Positions 8,485 through 17,390 of a stretch of 64,000 bases of DNA are shown here, in pieces (positions within the stretch are counted from its first letter, which is position 1; each line of letters starts with the position of its first letter). The notes below the pieces were generated by a model. It did no database searches, had not been told where the DNA came from, and was given only the letters and a program-made list of their open reading frames with translations. The stretch comes from an uncultured Pelagibacteraceae bacterium (lineage in GTDB: Bacteria; Pseudomonadota; Alphaproteobacteria; Pelagibacterales; AG-422-B15). The stretch covers positions 9,609 to 73,608 of the forward strand of contig CACCND010000002.1 in NCBI GenBank assembly GCA_902547315.1. Reading direction: 5' to 3'. The position numbers were made by a program, and so were the translations under genes.

Positions 8485-9410
8485 CATCACTTTTTTATAT
8501 AGAGCATGCAAACGGAAAGATCAGCGATCAAAGTTTAAAAGCTATAACAGCAGCGTCTCAAATTGAAGGCGATGTTCACGGACTTATTGTGGGCTCAAAT
8601 ATTGATGAAGCTGTTGTGGAGGCTTCAAAAATTAATGGATTGAGTAAATTACTCCACTTGGATGATGCAGCATTTGATAATGTTTTGGCTGAAAAACTTA
8701 CTCAAGTCATTTTTAATATTGCTGGAGATTATGACTACTTTTTGGCTGCAGCAACAACAACTGGTAAAAATGTGATGCCTAGACTTGCTGCCAAACTTGA
8801 TGTTTCTCAAATATCGGAGATCGTAGCTGTTGAAAGCGCAGATACATTTATTAGAACAATTTATGCTGGTAACGCTATTGCAACTGTACAAACATCTGAC
8901 GCTAAGAAAGTTCTCACGGTTAGACCTACTGCTTTCAAAGCTGCAACAACTGACTCTGCTGAATGTGAGGTTGCAAAGATAAATGCTGAGAATATTCCAT
9001 CAATTTCAGAATTTGTGGGCGAAGAGCTAACAAAATCTGATAGGCCAGAACTTACTTCTGCAAAGACAATTATTTCAGGCGGACGTGGAATGCAAAATGG
9101 AGAAAATTTTGAACTTTTGGATAAAGTAGCTGAAAAACTTGGAGCTGCTGTTGGAGCATCTCGAGCTGCCGTTGATGCAGGCTTTGTTCCAAATGATTAT
9201 CAAGTTGGACAAACTGGTAAAGTTGTAGCACCCGAACTGTATATAGCGGTCGGAATATCTGGAGCAATTCAGCACTTGGCTGGTATGAAAGACTCAAAAA
9301 TTATAGTAGCCATAAATAAAGATGAAGAAGCGCCTATATTTGATGTAGCAGACTATGGTTTGGTAGCAGACTTGTTTCAAGTTCTTCCTGAGTTAGAACA
9401 AGCCTTATAA
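8481..9410 (+). CDS. etfA: Electron transfer flavoprotein alpha subunit
   Basis: 309 aa. The C-terminal FAD domain reads '[49 protein letters not shown]'. Confidence 0.9.
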   Translation: MTSLFYIEHANGKISDQSLKAITAASQIEGDVHGLIVGSNIDEAVVEASKINGLSKLLHLDDAAFDNVLAEKLTQVIFNIAGDYDYFLAAATTTGKNVMPRLAAKLDVSQISEIVAVESADTFIRTIYAGNAIATVQTSDAKKVLTVRPTAFKAATTDSAECEVAKINAENIPSISEFVGEELTKSDRPELTSAKTIISGGRGMQNGENFELLDKVAEKLGAAVGASRAAVDAGFVPNDYQVGQTGKVVAPELYIAVGISGAIQHLAGMKDSKIIVAINKDEEAPIFDVADYGLVADLFQVLPELEQAL

Positions 9411-9414
9411 TTAT

Positions 9415-9948
9415 TTATAAATTACTATCAATATAATCTTGAAAGTAGTTACTATCCCATTCAGTTGGACCAATAAACTTTGCTATTTGATTTCCCTCTT
9501 GATCAATAAAAAAAGAAAATGGCAGTCCTGCTGCTCTTACTTCTCGTGGTATATTATTTTTATCGTCAAAGAATAAATCTATATTTTGGATTTCGTATTC
9601 ATTAAAAAAATTTACTGACTTTTTCTTCGGCCCACGATCAACGCTTATTGCAAGTATCTGAAAAGCTTGTTTATCATATTTTTGTTGCAATCTATCGAGT
9701 GATGGCATTTCTTCTTTGCAAGGTTCACACCATGTTGCCCAGAGATTAATTAAAAGCAACTTGCCATTAAAATCATTTAAAGTGACATCATTGCTATTGA
9801 TATCCTCGAATTTACTCAAAAAACCTTGTTTTTTTTCTATTATCAACTCATTCGCGTGTGAATTTGAAGTATATAAACTGTTGCAAAAGATAAGGATTGT
9901 GGCATATACCATCAAAATTATAAATCTACTGCATAAAGAAATTATCAT
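9415..9948 (-). CDS. TlpA-family periplasmic thiol:disulfide oxidoreductase (thioredoxin fold)
   Basis: It has the 'WATWCEPC' CxxC motif. I trimmed the start to the ATG at 9948 (MIISLCSRF..., a signal-anchor-like N-terminus), because the longer track ORF would overlap the argH start. Confidence 0.75.
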   Translation of the reverse strand: MIISLCSRFIILMVYATILIFCNSLYTSNSHANELIIEKKQGFLSKFEDINSNDVTLNDFNGKLLLINLWATWCEPCKEEMPSLDRLQQKYDKQAFQILAISVDRGPKKKSVNFFNEYEIQNIDLFFDDKNNIPREVRAAGLPFSFFIDQEGNQIAKFIGPTEWDSNYFQDYIDSNL

Positions 9949-9976
9949 TATTTGAGAAATAAATAGTTTTAGTAAA

Positions 9977-11374
9977 ATGTCCATTAAAAAAAATAAATTA
10001 AGAGATAGATTTAAAAAAAAATCGAGTGAGTCTTTTGTAAATATCAATTCGTCTTTGGAAAATGACAAATTTTTATTTGAAGAGGATATTGAAGCATCGA
10101 TTGCACACGCCACAATGCTCTCGTCTCAAAAAATAATTTCTAATAAAGACGCAAAAAAGATTATTTCCGGATTAAAAAAAATTAAGACTGAAATTAAAAA
10201 TAATAAATTTATATTTGATGATAATCTTGAAGATATCCACATGAATATTGAAAGTAGACTAGAAGAGCTTATTGGTGATGCCGCTGAAAGGTTACATACT
10301 GGTAGATCTAGAAATGATCAAGTTGTAACAGATTTAAAATTGTGGATGAAAAAAGATAATATACTGATTTCGAAAAAATTAAAAAAACTGAAATCTGCGT
10401 TACTACAGGTTGCAAGTAAAAATATTTTGATTACGTTTCCAGGCCTTACTCACCTACAAACTGCCCAGCCAATCTCAGTTGGACATTTTTTTATGGCTTA
10501 CTTCGAAATGTTTAACAGGGATACAAATCGATTCACCGACTCATTTAGAAGAATGAACGAAAATCCGCTTGGTGCTGGAGCCTTAGCGGGAACTAATTTT
10601 CAAATTAATAGAAACAAAACAACAAAAATGCTTGGCTTTAAAAAACCTACAAAAAATTCATTGGATACAGTTTCTGATCGAGACTTTGTGGTAGATTTTT
10701 TATCTAGTTCATCCTTAATGGCTGTTCACTTATCGAGGTTAGCCGAGGAAATTACTCTTTATAATTCCGATTTAGTGGGTTTCTTTAAAATCGGAGACCA
10801 ATTAATGTCGAGTTCTTCAATTATGCCTCAGAAGAAAAATCCTGATGGCGCTGAATTAATTAGAGCAAAATCTTCAATAATTTCAGGAAATCTATCATCT
10901 ATGCTTAATTTGCTTAAATCTCTTCCACTAACTTACAGCAAAGACCTTCAGGAAGATAAAGCACTTGTAACCTCAACAAGTAAAAACATTCATCTTTGTC
11001 TCGATTGTATGATCGAAATAATTTCTACAATTAAAGTTGAGAAATCAAACATCGAGAAAAAGCTTAAATCTTCTTTTGCCAATGCAACTGATTTAGCAGA
11101 TTGGCTAGTTATAAATCTTGGGTATTCTTTTAGAAGTGCACACAATTTAACCGCAAAAATTGTCAACTTTGCGGAAAAAAAGAAAATAAGTTTAAATAAG
11201 ATATCGATGAAGGATTATAAAAAATTTGATAAAAATATAGATAAATCTTTGTATAGATTTTTAGATTTGAAAAATAGTATTAACAATAAAAAAAGCTATG
11301 GCGGAACAGCAATATCTGAGATAAGAAAAATGATTAGTCAAGCTAGGAAAGAATTAAGTTATGAAAAATATTAG
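9977..11374 (+). CDS. argH: Argininosuccinate lyase
   Basis: 465 aa. The fumarate-lyase signature region 'GSSIMPQKKNPD' and 'TGRSRNDQV' are present. Confidence 0.9.
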   Translation: MSIKKNKLRDRFKKKSSESFVNINSSLENDKFLFEEDIEASIAHATMLSSQKIISNKDAKKIISGLKKIKTEIKNNKFIFDDNLEDIHMNIESRLEELIGDAAERLHTGRSRNDQVVTDLKLWMKKDNILISKKLKKLKSALLQVASKNILITFPGLTHLQTAQPISVGHFFMAYFEMFNRDTNRFTDSFRRMNENPLGAGALAGTNFQINRNKTTKMLGFKKPTKNSLDTVSDRDFVVDFLSSSSLMAVHLSRLAEEITLYNSDLVGFFKIGDQLMSSSSIMPQKKNPDGAELIRAKSSIISGNLSSMLNLLKSLPLTYSKDLQEDKALVTSTSKNIHLCLDCMIEIISTIKVEKSNIEKKLKSSFANATDLADWLVINLGYSFRSAHNLTAKIVNFAEKKKISLNKISMKDYKKFDKNIDKSLYRFLDLKNSINNKKSYGGTAISEIRKMISQARKELSYEKY

Positions 11375-11483
11375 TATTTTGATTATCTTCTTATGTATTC
11401 TTGGTTGTGGGAAAAAAGGCTCTCTTGAATTTCCTCAAAAAGAATCAAAAAGCAATTATAAAATAGAGATCTATAAGGCCTAA
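11361..11483 (+). CDS. 40-aa lipoprotein, LptM/YifL-like (below the ORF-track size cutoff)
   Basis: My manual translation is MKNISILIIFLCILGCGKKGSLEFPQKESKSNYKIEIYKA. It has a signal peptide plus an 'ILGC' lipobox, followed by 'CGKKGSLEFP', which resembles the 'CGxKGPLxxP' motif of E. coli YifL/LptM. The ATG overlaps the argH stop region, and the gene ends 2 nt before lysA. Confidence 0.55.
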   Translation: MKNISILIIFLCILGCGKKGSLEFPQKESKSNYKIEIYKA

Positions 11484-11485
11484 AA

Positions 11486-12718
11486 ATGTCCTTTCTAAAA
11501 TATGAAAATGATGTCCTTAAATTTGAGGATATCTCAATAAGAGAAATTGCTGAAGGTAGAGCTACACCATTCTACTGTTATAGCAAGCAAACTCTCACGA
11601 ATAATTTTAGAGAGTTTTTAGATTCGCTTACTTCACTTGATGCAACAGTGTGTTTTTCTCTCAAATCAAATTCAAATCTAACAATACTAAAAACTCTAAC
11701 CGAACTCGAAGCGGGAGGCGATGTTGTTTCTGAGTGGGAAATGAGAAAAGCATTACAAGCAGGGATGAAGCCAAATAAAATAGTTTTTTCAGGCGTTGGC
11801 AAAACTGCTAGCGATATTCAATTTGCGATCAGTAATAATTGTTTACAAATCAATGCAGAATCACTCGAAGAACTTGATCATATAAATCGAATAGCTTCTG
11901 TGTCTGGAAAAATTCAGAAAGTAGGAATTAGGATTAATCCAGATATCCAATCAGAGACGCACAAAAAAATTAGCACAGGCAGCCTCGAGGATAAATTTGG
12001 AATCAGTATAGAACAAACTTACGAAATTTTTCAGAGTCGACAAAATTATCCAAATTTAGAGATTTCATCTATAGCTTTTCATATAGGTAGCAATATTAAA
12101 GACCTAACATCATTTCAAAGAACATTTGAAATTATTGGTGAATTGGTTGCTAAAATAAATGGTGAAACAAAAAAAATAAATACTGTTGATGTTGGTGGGG
12201 GAATTAGTCCTGAAAAAAGAAATTTTACTTTTGAAGACTATAGAAACTTAATCGTAAAATATTTTGATACAGAAAATCTTAAATTTATCTTTGAACCAGG
12301 TAGGCTTATAGCTGCAAATGCAGGAATATTAGTATCTAAGGTACTTTATACAAAAAATATCACTGGAAAAAAATTTATTATTATCGATGCAGGCATGAAC
12401 GATATGATGAGGCCTGCGTTATATGGTGCTCACCACGAAATTTTACCAGATAGTAAAGTAAAAGAATACGATGAAATAAATACTGATATCGTCGGTCCTA
12501 TTTGTGAAAGTTCAGATATTTTTCTTAATGTTAAAAGCTTCAGTAGAGTTAAAAGTGGTCAATACGTCGTAATAAAGAATGTTGGAGCATACGGATCAAC
12601 TATGAGTTCAAACTACAATGCGCGGCCACTCATAGAAGAAATTCTAATTGATAAACAAAAGATTTTAACAATCAGAAAAACTCAATCATTTCAGGAATAT
12701 ATCAAAAATGAAGTTTAA
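11486..12718 (+). CDS. lysA: Diaminopimelate decarboxylase
   Basis: 410 aa. It shows the PLP-dependent Orn/DAP/Arg decarboxylase fold ('FSLKSNSN', 'DVGGG', 'EPGR', 'GAYGSTMSSNYN'). Confidence 0.9.
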   Translation: MSFLKYENDVLKFEDISIREIAEGRATPFYCYSKQTLTNNFREFLDSLTSLDATVCFSLKSNSNLTILKTLTELEAGGDVVSEWEMRKALQAGMKPNKIVFSGVGKTASDIQFAISNNCLQINAESLEELDHINRIASVSGKIQKVGIRINPDIQSETHKKISTGSLEDKFGISIEQTYEIFQSRQNYPNLEISSIAFHIGSNIKDLTSFQRTFEIIGELVAKINGETKKINTVDVGGGISPEKRNFTFEDYRNLIVKYFDTENLKFIFEPGRLIAANAGILVSKVLYTKNITGKKFIIIDAGMNDMMRPALYGAHHEILPDSKVKEYDEINTDIVGPICESSDIFLNVKSFSRVKSGQYVVIKNVGAYGSTMSSNYNARPLIEEILIDKQKILTIRKTQSFQEYIKNEV

Positions 12719-13104
12719 TAATAGAAAAAACCTAATACTAAATTTACTATTCTCTCAATAAAAATATTTGCATCCTTTGTAAATTCAACTGAGTTAATAT
12801 TTGAATTTTGAACCAGAGCATCGAGGATAATTAAGACAACAGGAAAAATTAAGATTAAAAACGGAAATGGAACTTTGATTTTACCCCTCTCATAAATTAC
12901 GGGTAAATTCTTATCTTTTGAATTATCTCGTTCAGATGAAGAGTCGATTGTTTGTTTAATTAATAATGCACTATCCTTTTTGTAGTTCTTATTTTCGTAA
13001 AACCATGAAAAATTACATCTTGTACATTTTACCTGTCTTCCAAAGCCAATATCATCAATATTTACAAGATAGTTTGCTGAGCAAGATGGACAAGAGATTA
13101 TCAT
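12715..13104 (-). CDS. MJ0042-type zinc-ribbon protein with C-terminal membrane anchor
   Basis: 'MIISCPSCSANYLV....VKCTRCNFSW' is the CxxC...CxxC ribbon typical of this family. A hydrophobic helix 'FPFLILIFPVVLIIL' follows. Confidence 0.6.
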   Translation of the reverse strand: MIISCPSCSANYLVNIDDIGFGRQVKCTRCNFSWFYENKNYKKDSALLIKQTIDSSSERDNSKDKNLPVIYERGKIKVPFPFLILIFPVVLIILDALVQNSNINSVEFTKDANIFIERIVNLVLGFFYY

Positions 13105-13164
13105 GGTCTTATTAAATTTTATAAATAGTAATTTTAATTGGCAAATTAGTGTAACTTATTTGAA

Positions 13165-13743
13165 ATGATTAATGAATTAAAATCACGTTACTATCATTTT
13201 TCTTTTTTGATGATAATAATTATATTGATGCTGCATTTTATTGTCTTTCTTTTCAATATAAAGAGCTACAAAAATAAAGCGATAGATGAGCAGATAATTG
13301 ATGGGGTTGTAGTACTTACTGGTGACAAATTTAGGATCTCAGAAGGGCTTAAAATACTAGACAGTCAAATAGGAAACAAACTTTTAATATCAGGTGCTAA
13401 TAAAGAAATAACTTTAGAGGAAATTAAAAAAGAGTTTCTTGAATATAAAACTCTTTTTGATTGTTGTATCGAATTAGAGAACATTTCAACAAATACCTTC
13501 GAAAATGTTAGAGAAATTTTTTTTTGGAAAAAGAACAATAATATTAAAAATATTCTATTAATAACATCTGATTACCATCTACCAAGAGTTCAACTCGAAG
13601 TAAATCGAATTTTATTAGATAAAGAGACTTTCTATTATGGTGTAAAATATGACAATCAAAAAATAAATATTCGTATGAAGAAATTAATTGTAGAGTATAT
13701 AAAATATTTAAGGACAAAAATAAGTTTGAGTATAGGACTTTAA
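13165..13743 (+). CDS. DUF218 (YdcF/ElyC-like) envelope protein
   Basis: 192 aa with an N-terminal TM helix. 'VVVLTGDKFRISEG', 'LISGAN', 'STNTFENV' and 'ITSDYHLPR' match DUF218 motifs. Confidence 0.7.
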   Translation: MINELKSRYYHFSFLMIIIILMLHFIVFLFNIKSYKNKAIDEQIIDGVVVLTGDKFRISEGLKILDSQIGNKLLISGANKEITLEEIKKEFLEYKTLFDCCIELENISTNTFENVREIFFWKKNNNIKNILLITSDYHLPRVQLEVNRILLDKETFYYGVKYDNQKINIRMKKLIVEYIKYLRTKISLSIGL

Positions 13744-13746
13744 ATT

Positions 13747-14481
13747 ATGATTTATGTAAGATCTCTTTTAGCAAATTTAGCATTTTATATTGTATTATTA
13801 ATTTGTATTTTATTTGCACCTATACTTTTTTTCTTACCTAAAATACATATGCTAGGCATCATACGTTTTCAATCAACACATACAAAATTAAGCCTTAAGC
13901 TATTTGCAAATCTAGAAGTTGAGTACCGTGGGTTAGAAAACATTCCAAGCACTCGAAAATATCTCATAGCTGCTAAACATCAATCTCTTGCAGAAGCTAT
14001 TTTTCTTAATGAAGCGATTGAAACACCGTCAATAATTGCAAAAAAACAATTATTATTCATACCAATTGTTGGACTTTGTTTTAAGAAAGCCAATTTCATA
14101 TATGTCGATAGAAGAAAAGGGGAAACAAATATTCAGGCAATGGTGAATTCTGCAAAAAGAAGTATGGACAATGATCCCCGTCCTTTATTAATTTTTCCTG
14201 AAGGGACCAGAACGCCAGTTGGTGAACGTCGCCCATATAAGTTTGGTGTTACAGCTTTGTACGATGGTCTCAAAATTCCTTGTCTACCAGTTGCAATTAA
14301 TTGTGGTTACTTTTGGTCAAGGAGACGATTTCTTCGTTATCCTGGTAAAATGGTAATTGAATTTTTAAAACCAATTGAGCCAGGACTAGATAAAACTGAA
14401 TTTACAGAAAAATTATATAATTCTATTGAAAATCAGTCTGATAGACTGCTTGAAGAGGCCAAGATTAAATTCCCAAAATGA
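13747..14481 (+). CDS. plsC: 1-acyl-sn-glycerol-3-phosphate acyltransferase
   Basis: The acyltransferase motifs 'AKHQSLAEA' (HX4D-like block) and 'FPEGTRT' are present. Confidence 0.8.
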   Translation: MIYVRSLLANLAFYIVLLICILFAPILFFLPKIHMLGIIRFQSTHTKLSLKLFANLEVEYRGLENIPSTRKYLIAAKHQSLAEAIFLNEAIETPSIIAKKQLLFIPIVGLCFKKANFIYVDRRKGETNIQAMVNSAKRSMDNDPRPLLIFPEGTRTPVGERRPYKFGVTALYDGLKIPCLPVAINCGYFWSRRRFLRYPGKMVIEFLKPIEPGLDKTEFTEKLYNSIENQSDRLLEEAKIKFPK

Positions 14482-15212
14482 AGATATTTTCATTTAATAG
14501 AATAATCGTTTTGGTATTGGCTATTTTGGTCTTTTATTCAATTTATTGGATGTTTATTTCTTTTCAGTTGAAATCCCAATTATCAAGTAACCTTGAAAGA
14601 TACAATATTAAGTATGACGACTTGCGGGTGACGGGGTATCCTTACAGAATATCAGGTTTGATTGTAAATCCTAATCTCAGCAGATCAGATAGCCTATCTA
14701 ATATAGAAATAGGAAATATAAAAATTGATATGAATCCTTTCGATATAAGTAAACTAATGATGAGAACAGATAAAATAAATAGTTCTTTTAGTGAAAACGA
14801 CTCTTTAAATTTTTTTTTTAATGATATTCAGCTTAGAGTATCGATGGATAAAGGACAAATTAATGAGATTTATTCAATTTCAAATGATATGAGTCTGAAC
14901 ATAGGTGATTACAATATAGAGAATATAAGAAAAATTATTTTTAAAATGAATAAAGTTAATGAGAATAGCTATCGCGTTTTTTTTACGGCCGTTGCATCAA
15001 ATGTTTTAGACTCATTTAAAAATGAAACAAGAATTTTGCTAGAGGGAAAAATTTCTGATTTAAGTACAAATTTAAATGGCAATATTCAACTAGACATATC
15101 AAATGTTGAAAACAATGACAATTTATTTAGTACGCCTTTGGTAATTAAAAATGGAATTATTTCTGTGCTTTTCATCCCTTTGATCGATTTAAAGGAATTA
15201 TTTTCTTTTTGA
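14478..15212 (+). CDS. Membrane-anchored hypothetical protein, possibly DUF2125-like
   Basis: It has an N-terminal TM helix. 'VTGYPYRISGLI' resembles the 'GFPFR' motif I associate with alphaproteobacterial DUF2125. There is a 4-nt overlap with plsC. Confidence 0.4.
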   Translation: MKIFSFNRIIVLVLAILVFYSIYWMFISFQLKSQLSSNLERYNIKYDDLRVTGYPYRISGLIVNPNLSRSDSLSNIEIGNIKIDMNPFDISKLMMRTDKINSSFSENDSLNFFFNDIQLRVSMDKGQINEIYSISNDMSLNIGDYNIENIRKIIFKMNKVNENSYRVFFTAVASNVLDSFKNETRILLEGKISDLSTNLNGNIQLDISNVENNDNLFSTPLVIKNGIISVLFIPLIDLKELFSF

Positions 15213-16124
15213 TCTACCAAAATCGGCATCAGAAGTGTCTTGACCTGCTTTAATTATTTTCTCACGCACAATTCTTGTTTTTGAAAATAACTTATGCAAA
15301 CTATCTCCGTCTTCCCACCGTATTGATTTTTGTATAGCACTCAGGTCTTCAGAAAATCTACCAATCATTTCTAATACAGCTTCTCTGTTTGCCAAAATTA
15401 CATCTCTCCACATAGTAGGATCTGAGGAAGCAATTCTTGTGAAATCTCTAAATCCACTCGCGCTATACTTCACAATATCTGATTTTGTAAAGTTTTCTAA
15501 ATCAGCTGCTGTATGGACCATATTATAAGCAATTAGATGGGGTAAATGAGAAGTCACTGCCATTACTTTGTCATGTCTAGAAGGAGTCATAATTTCTACT
15601 TTGCTTCCCAATTTTTTCCAAAAAGTTTTTACTTTATTTATGTCTCTGTTTTTATTGCCTTTTAAAGGTGTAATTATGCACCATCTTTCTTCGAATAGTT
15701 CAGCAAAGCCAGCTTTTGGCCCGCTTTTTTCAGTACCTGCAATAGGATGAGCAGGTACAAAATTTATCTTTTTTTTAATTAAATTCTCGACTTCTGAAAT
15801 AGAGGTCTCTTTCGCAGATCCGACATCTGTTACAATGGCATCTTTTGTAAGATGTGGTGATATCTTTTTAAAAATACTTTTGTAACTACTTAAGTGAGTA
15901 CAAATAATAATCAAATCTGAATTCTTTACACAGTCAGATATATTATTTTTTATTTCACTTGTTAATTTAAGTTTTTTCGCGATAGCTCTTGTTTTTAAAG
16001 ACCTAGAGTAACCAGAGGTAATTTCTGCAAGTTTTTTCTTTTTTATAGCCAAGGCAATAGATGAACCTATTAAACCCAAGCCAATTATACTAATTTTTTT
16101 AAATGGTCTCTTCTTATTTGGCAT
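15198..16124 (-). CDS. tyrC: Prephenate/arogenate dehydrogenase
   Basis: 308 aa with the Rossmann motif 'ISIIGLGLIGSSIA' and 'HPIAGTEKSGP'. It overlaps hisC by 11 nt. Confidence 0.8.
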   Translation of the reverse strand: MPNKKRPFKKISIIGLGLIGSSIALAIKKKKLAEITSGYSRSLKTRAIAKKLKLTSEIKNNISDCVKNSDLIIICTHLSSYKSIFKKISPHLTKDAIVTDVGSAKETSISEVENLIKKKINFVPAHPIAGTEKSGPKAGFAELFEERWCIITPLKGNKNRDINKVKTFWKKLGSKVEIMTPSRHDKVMAVTSHLPHLIAYNMVHTAADLENFTKSDIVKYSASGFRDFTRIASSDPTMWRDVILANREAVLEMIGRFSEDLSAIQKSIRWEDGDSLHKLFSKTRIVREKIIKAGQDTSDADFGRSKRK

Positions 16125-17178
16125 TATAAAACTCTTTCATAGCTTTAAGGACTTTTCTATTTTCTGTAGATTTACCAATAGATAACCTAATGCAATCTGG
16201 AAGATTATACTTATCCATTAACCTTACAATAATTGATTTTGACAATAAATATTGATTAAGTTTTTTTATAGATTTGCCTACATTAATGAGTAGAAAATTT
16301 GCTCTGCTATCATAAACATGTACTGGCAATCTACTTAGTTCACTATTCATTTTTTTCAGCCAAAATTTGTTATGGTTTATTGCATTTTTTTCATATTTTT
16401 TATCTTTTAATGCCTCAATGCCAGCAATTTGGGCAATTTGATTTACATTAAATGGCCCTCTCACTTTATTCATTAATTTTATTATATCTGTATGAGCGTA
16501 GCACCAACCCAATCTTAAGGACGCCAGACCATAAATTTTTGAGAAAGTTCTAGTGACAATGATATTTTTATATTTTTTTGCAAAATTAATGCCATTAGAA
16601 TAATTTTTATCAGTTACATATTCTGCATAGGCAGAATCAATAATTATAAATATCTTCTTTGGGACGCGTGAAATAAGCAATCTTAATTCTTCTTTGGATA
16701 GATAAAATCCTGTTGGATTATTGGGCTGCGCAATAAATATAATTTTAGTTTTTTTTGTGATTTTATTTAAAATACTTTTTATATCAAAACGTAAATTCTT
16801 TGTTGACGAACGTTTAACAACGCCCCCACTGATTTTAGAGTAAATTTCAAACATTAAAAAACTGTGTTTAGGAATAATAACTTCGTCTCCTTTATTTAGA
16901 AAAAGTTGACAAGCCAGGCCTAGTATCTCGTCTGATCCATTTCCAACGAAGAGGTTGTTGATATTTAATTTGGTTTTTTTTGATAAGGCATTTTTTAATT
17001 CCAGACTATTTCCGTCAGGATATTTGTGAGTTTTTGACTTGGCCATTGATATCGCCTTTTGTACTCGCAAGCTTGGACCAAATGGCGATTCATTAGAGGA
17101 CACCTTAATAACTTGCTTTTTGCCAGGAATTGATGAAATGCCTCCTTCGTAAAGCTTTATATTTTTGAGTTTTTTCAT
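16114..17178 (-). CDS. hisC: Histidinol-phosphate aminotransferase
   Basis: 354 aa class-II aminotransferase ('NPNNPTG', 'TFSKIYGLASLRLGW'). Confidence 0.85.
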   Translation of the reverse strand: MKKLKNIKLYEGGISSIPGKKQVIKVSSNESPFGPSLRVQKAISMAKSKTHKYPDGNSLELKNALSKKTKLNINNLFVGNGSDEILGLACQLFLNKGDEVIIPKHSFLMFEIYSKISGGVVKRSSTKNLRFDIKSILNKITKKTKIIFIAQPNNPTGFYLSKEELRLLISRVPKKIFIIIDSAYAEYVTDKNYSNGINFAKKYKNIIVTRTFSKIYGLASLRLGWCYAHTDIIKLMNKVRGPFNVNQIAQIAGIEALKDKKYEKNAINHNKFWLKKMNSELSRLPVHVYDSRANFLLINVGKSIKKLNQYLLSKSIIVRLMDKYNLPDCIRLSIGKSTENRKVLKAMKEFYNAK

Positions 17179-17252
17179 ATTTCAATTGGCTATAAATAGG
17201 TGAATATCGCTAAATTTGAAAGAAAATCTTTGAAATAAATTAATCTTCTAAT

Positions 17253-17279
17253 TTGACAATATCCTATTGAATATATAAT
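17253..17279 (+). promoter_or_regulatory. Sigma-70-like promoter for the metXW leader
   Basis: TTGACA sits at 17253-17258 and TATAAT at 17274-17279, a short 15-nt spacer. The predicted start falls just before the riboswitch P1 stem. Confidence 0.4.
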
Positions 17280-17283
17280 ACAT

Positions 17284-17340
17284 GAATTGCGCCGATTTGA
17301 GCACAGCTTGCGGGCGCAATAAAAATGCAGCTAAAGAGGT
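17284..17340 (+). promoter_or_regulatory. SAM-II/SAM-V-class riboswitch candidate (metX leader)
   Basis: The P1 stem pairs UUGCGCC (17287-17293) with GGCGCAA (17313-17319). The loop contains 'CGAUUU' and 'GCUUG', and the 3' tail contains 'AGCUAAAG'; these are boxes I recall from the SAM-II (metA/metX) consensus. It sits directly upstream of metX. Confidence 0.6.
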
Positions 17341-17345
17341 AGTTG

Positions 17346-17381
17346 AAACCGCCAAACTTAGTTGTTAGGCGGTTTTTTTTT
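17346..17381 (+). terminator. Intrinsic terminator (riboswitch expression platform)
   Basis: The stem pairs AAACCGCC (17346-17353) with GGCGGUUU (17368-17375). A run of 9 T extends to 17381, 10 nt before the metX ATG. Confidence 0.7.
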
Positions 17382-17390
17382 GGAAAAATT

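Noticed and set aside
9949-10113. The extended N-terminus of the TlpA-like ORF, overlapping the argH start.
   Set aside because: The extension would overlap the divergent argH coding region by about 135 nt. An internal ATG at 9948 gives a normal signal-anchor N-terminus.
17343-17390. The extended N-terminus of metX as given in the ORF track (MKPPNLVVRRFFFGKI...).
   Set aside because: These codons are the terminator hairpin and its U-tract translated. The conserved MetX sequence begins at the ATG at 17391.
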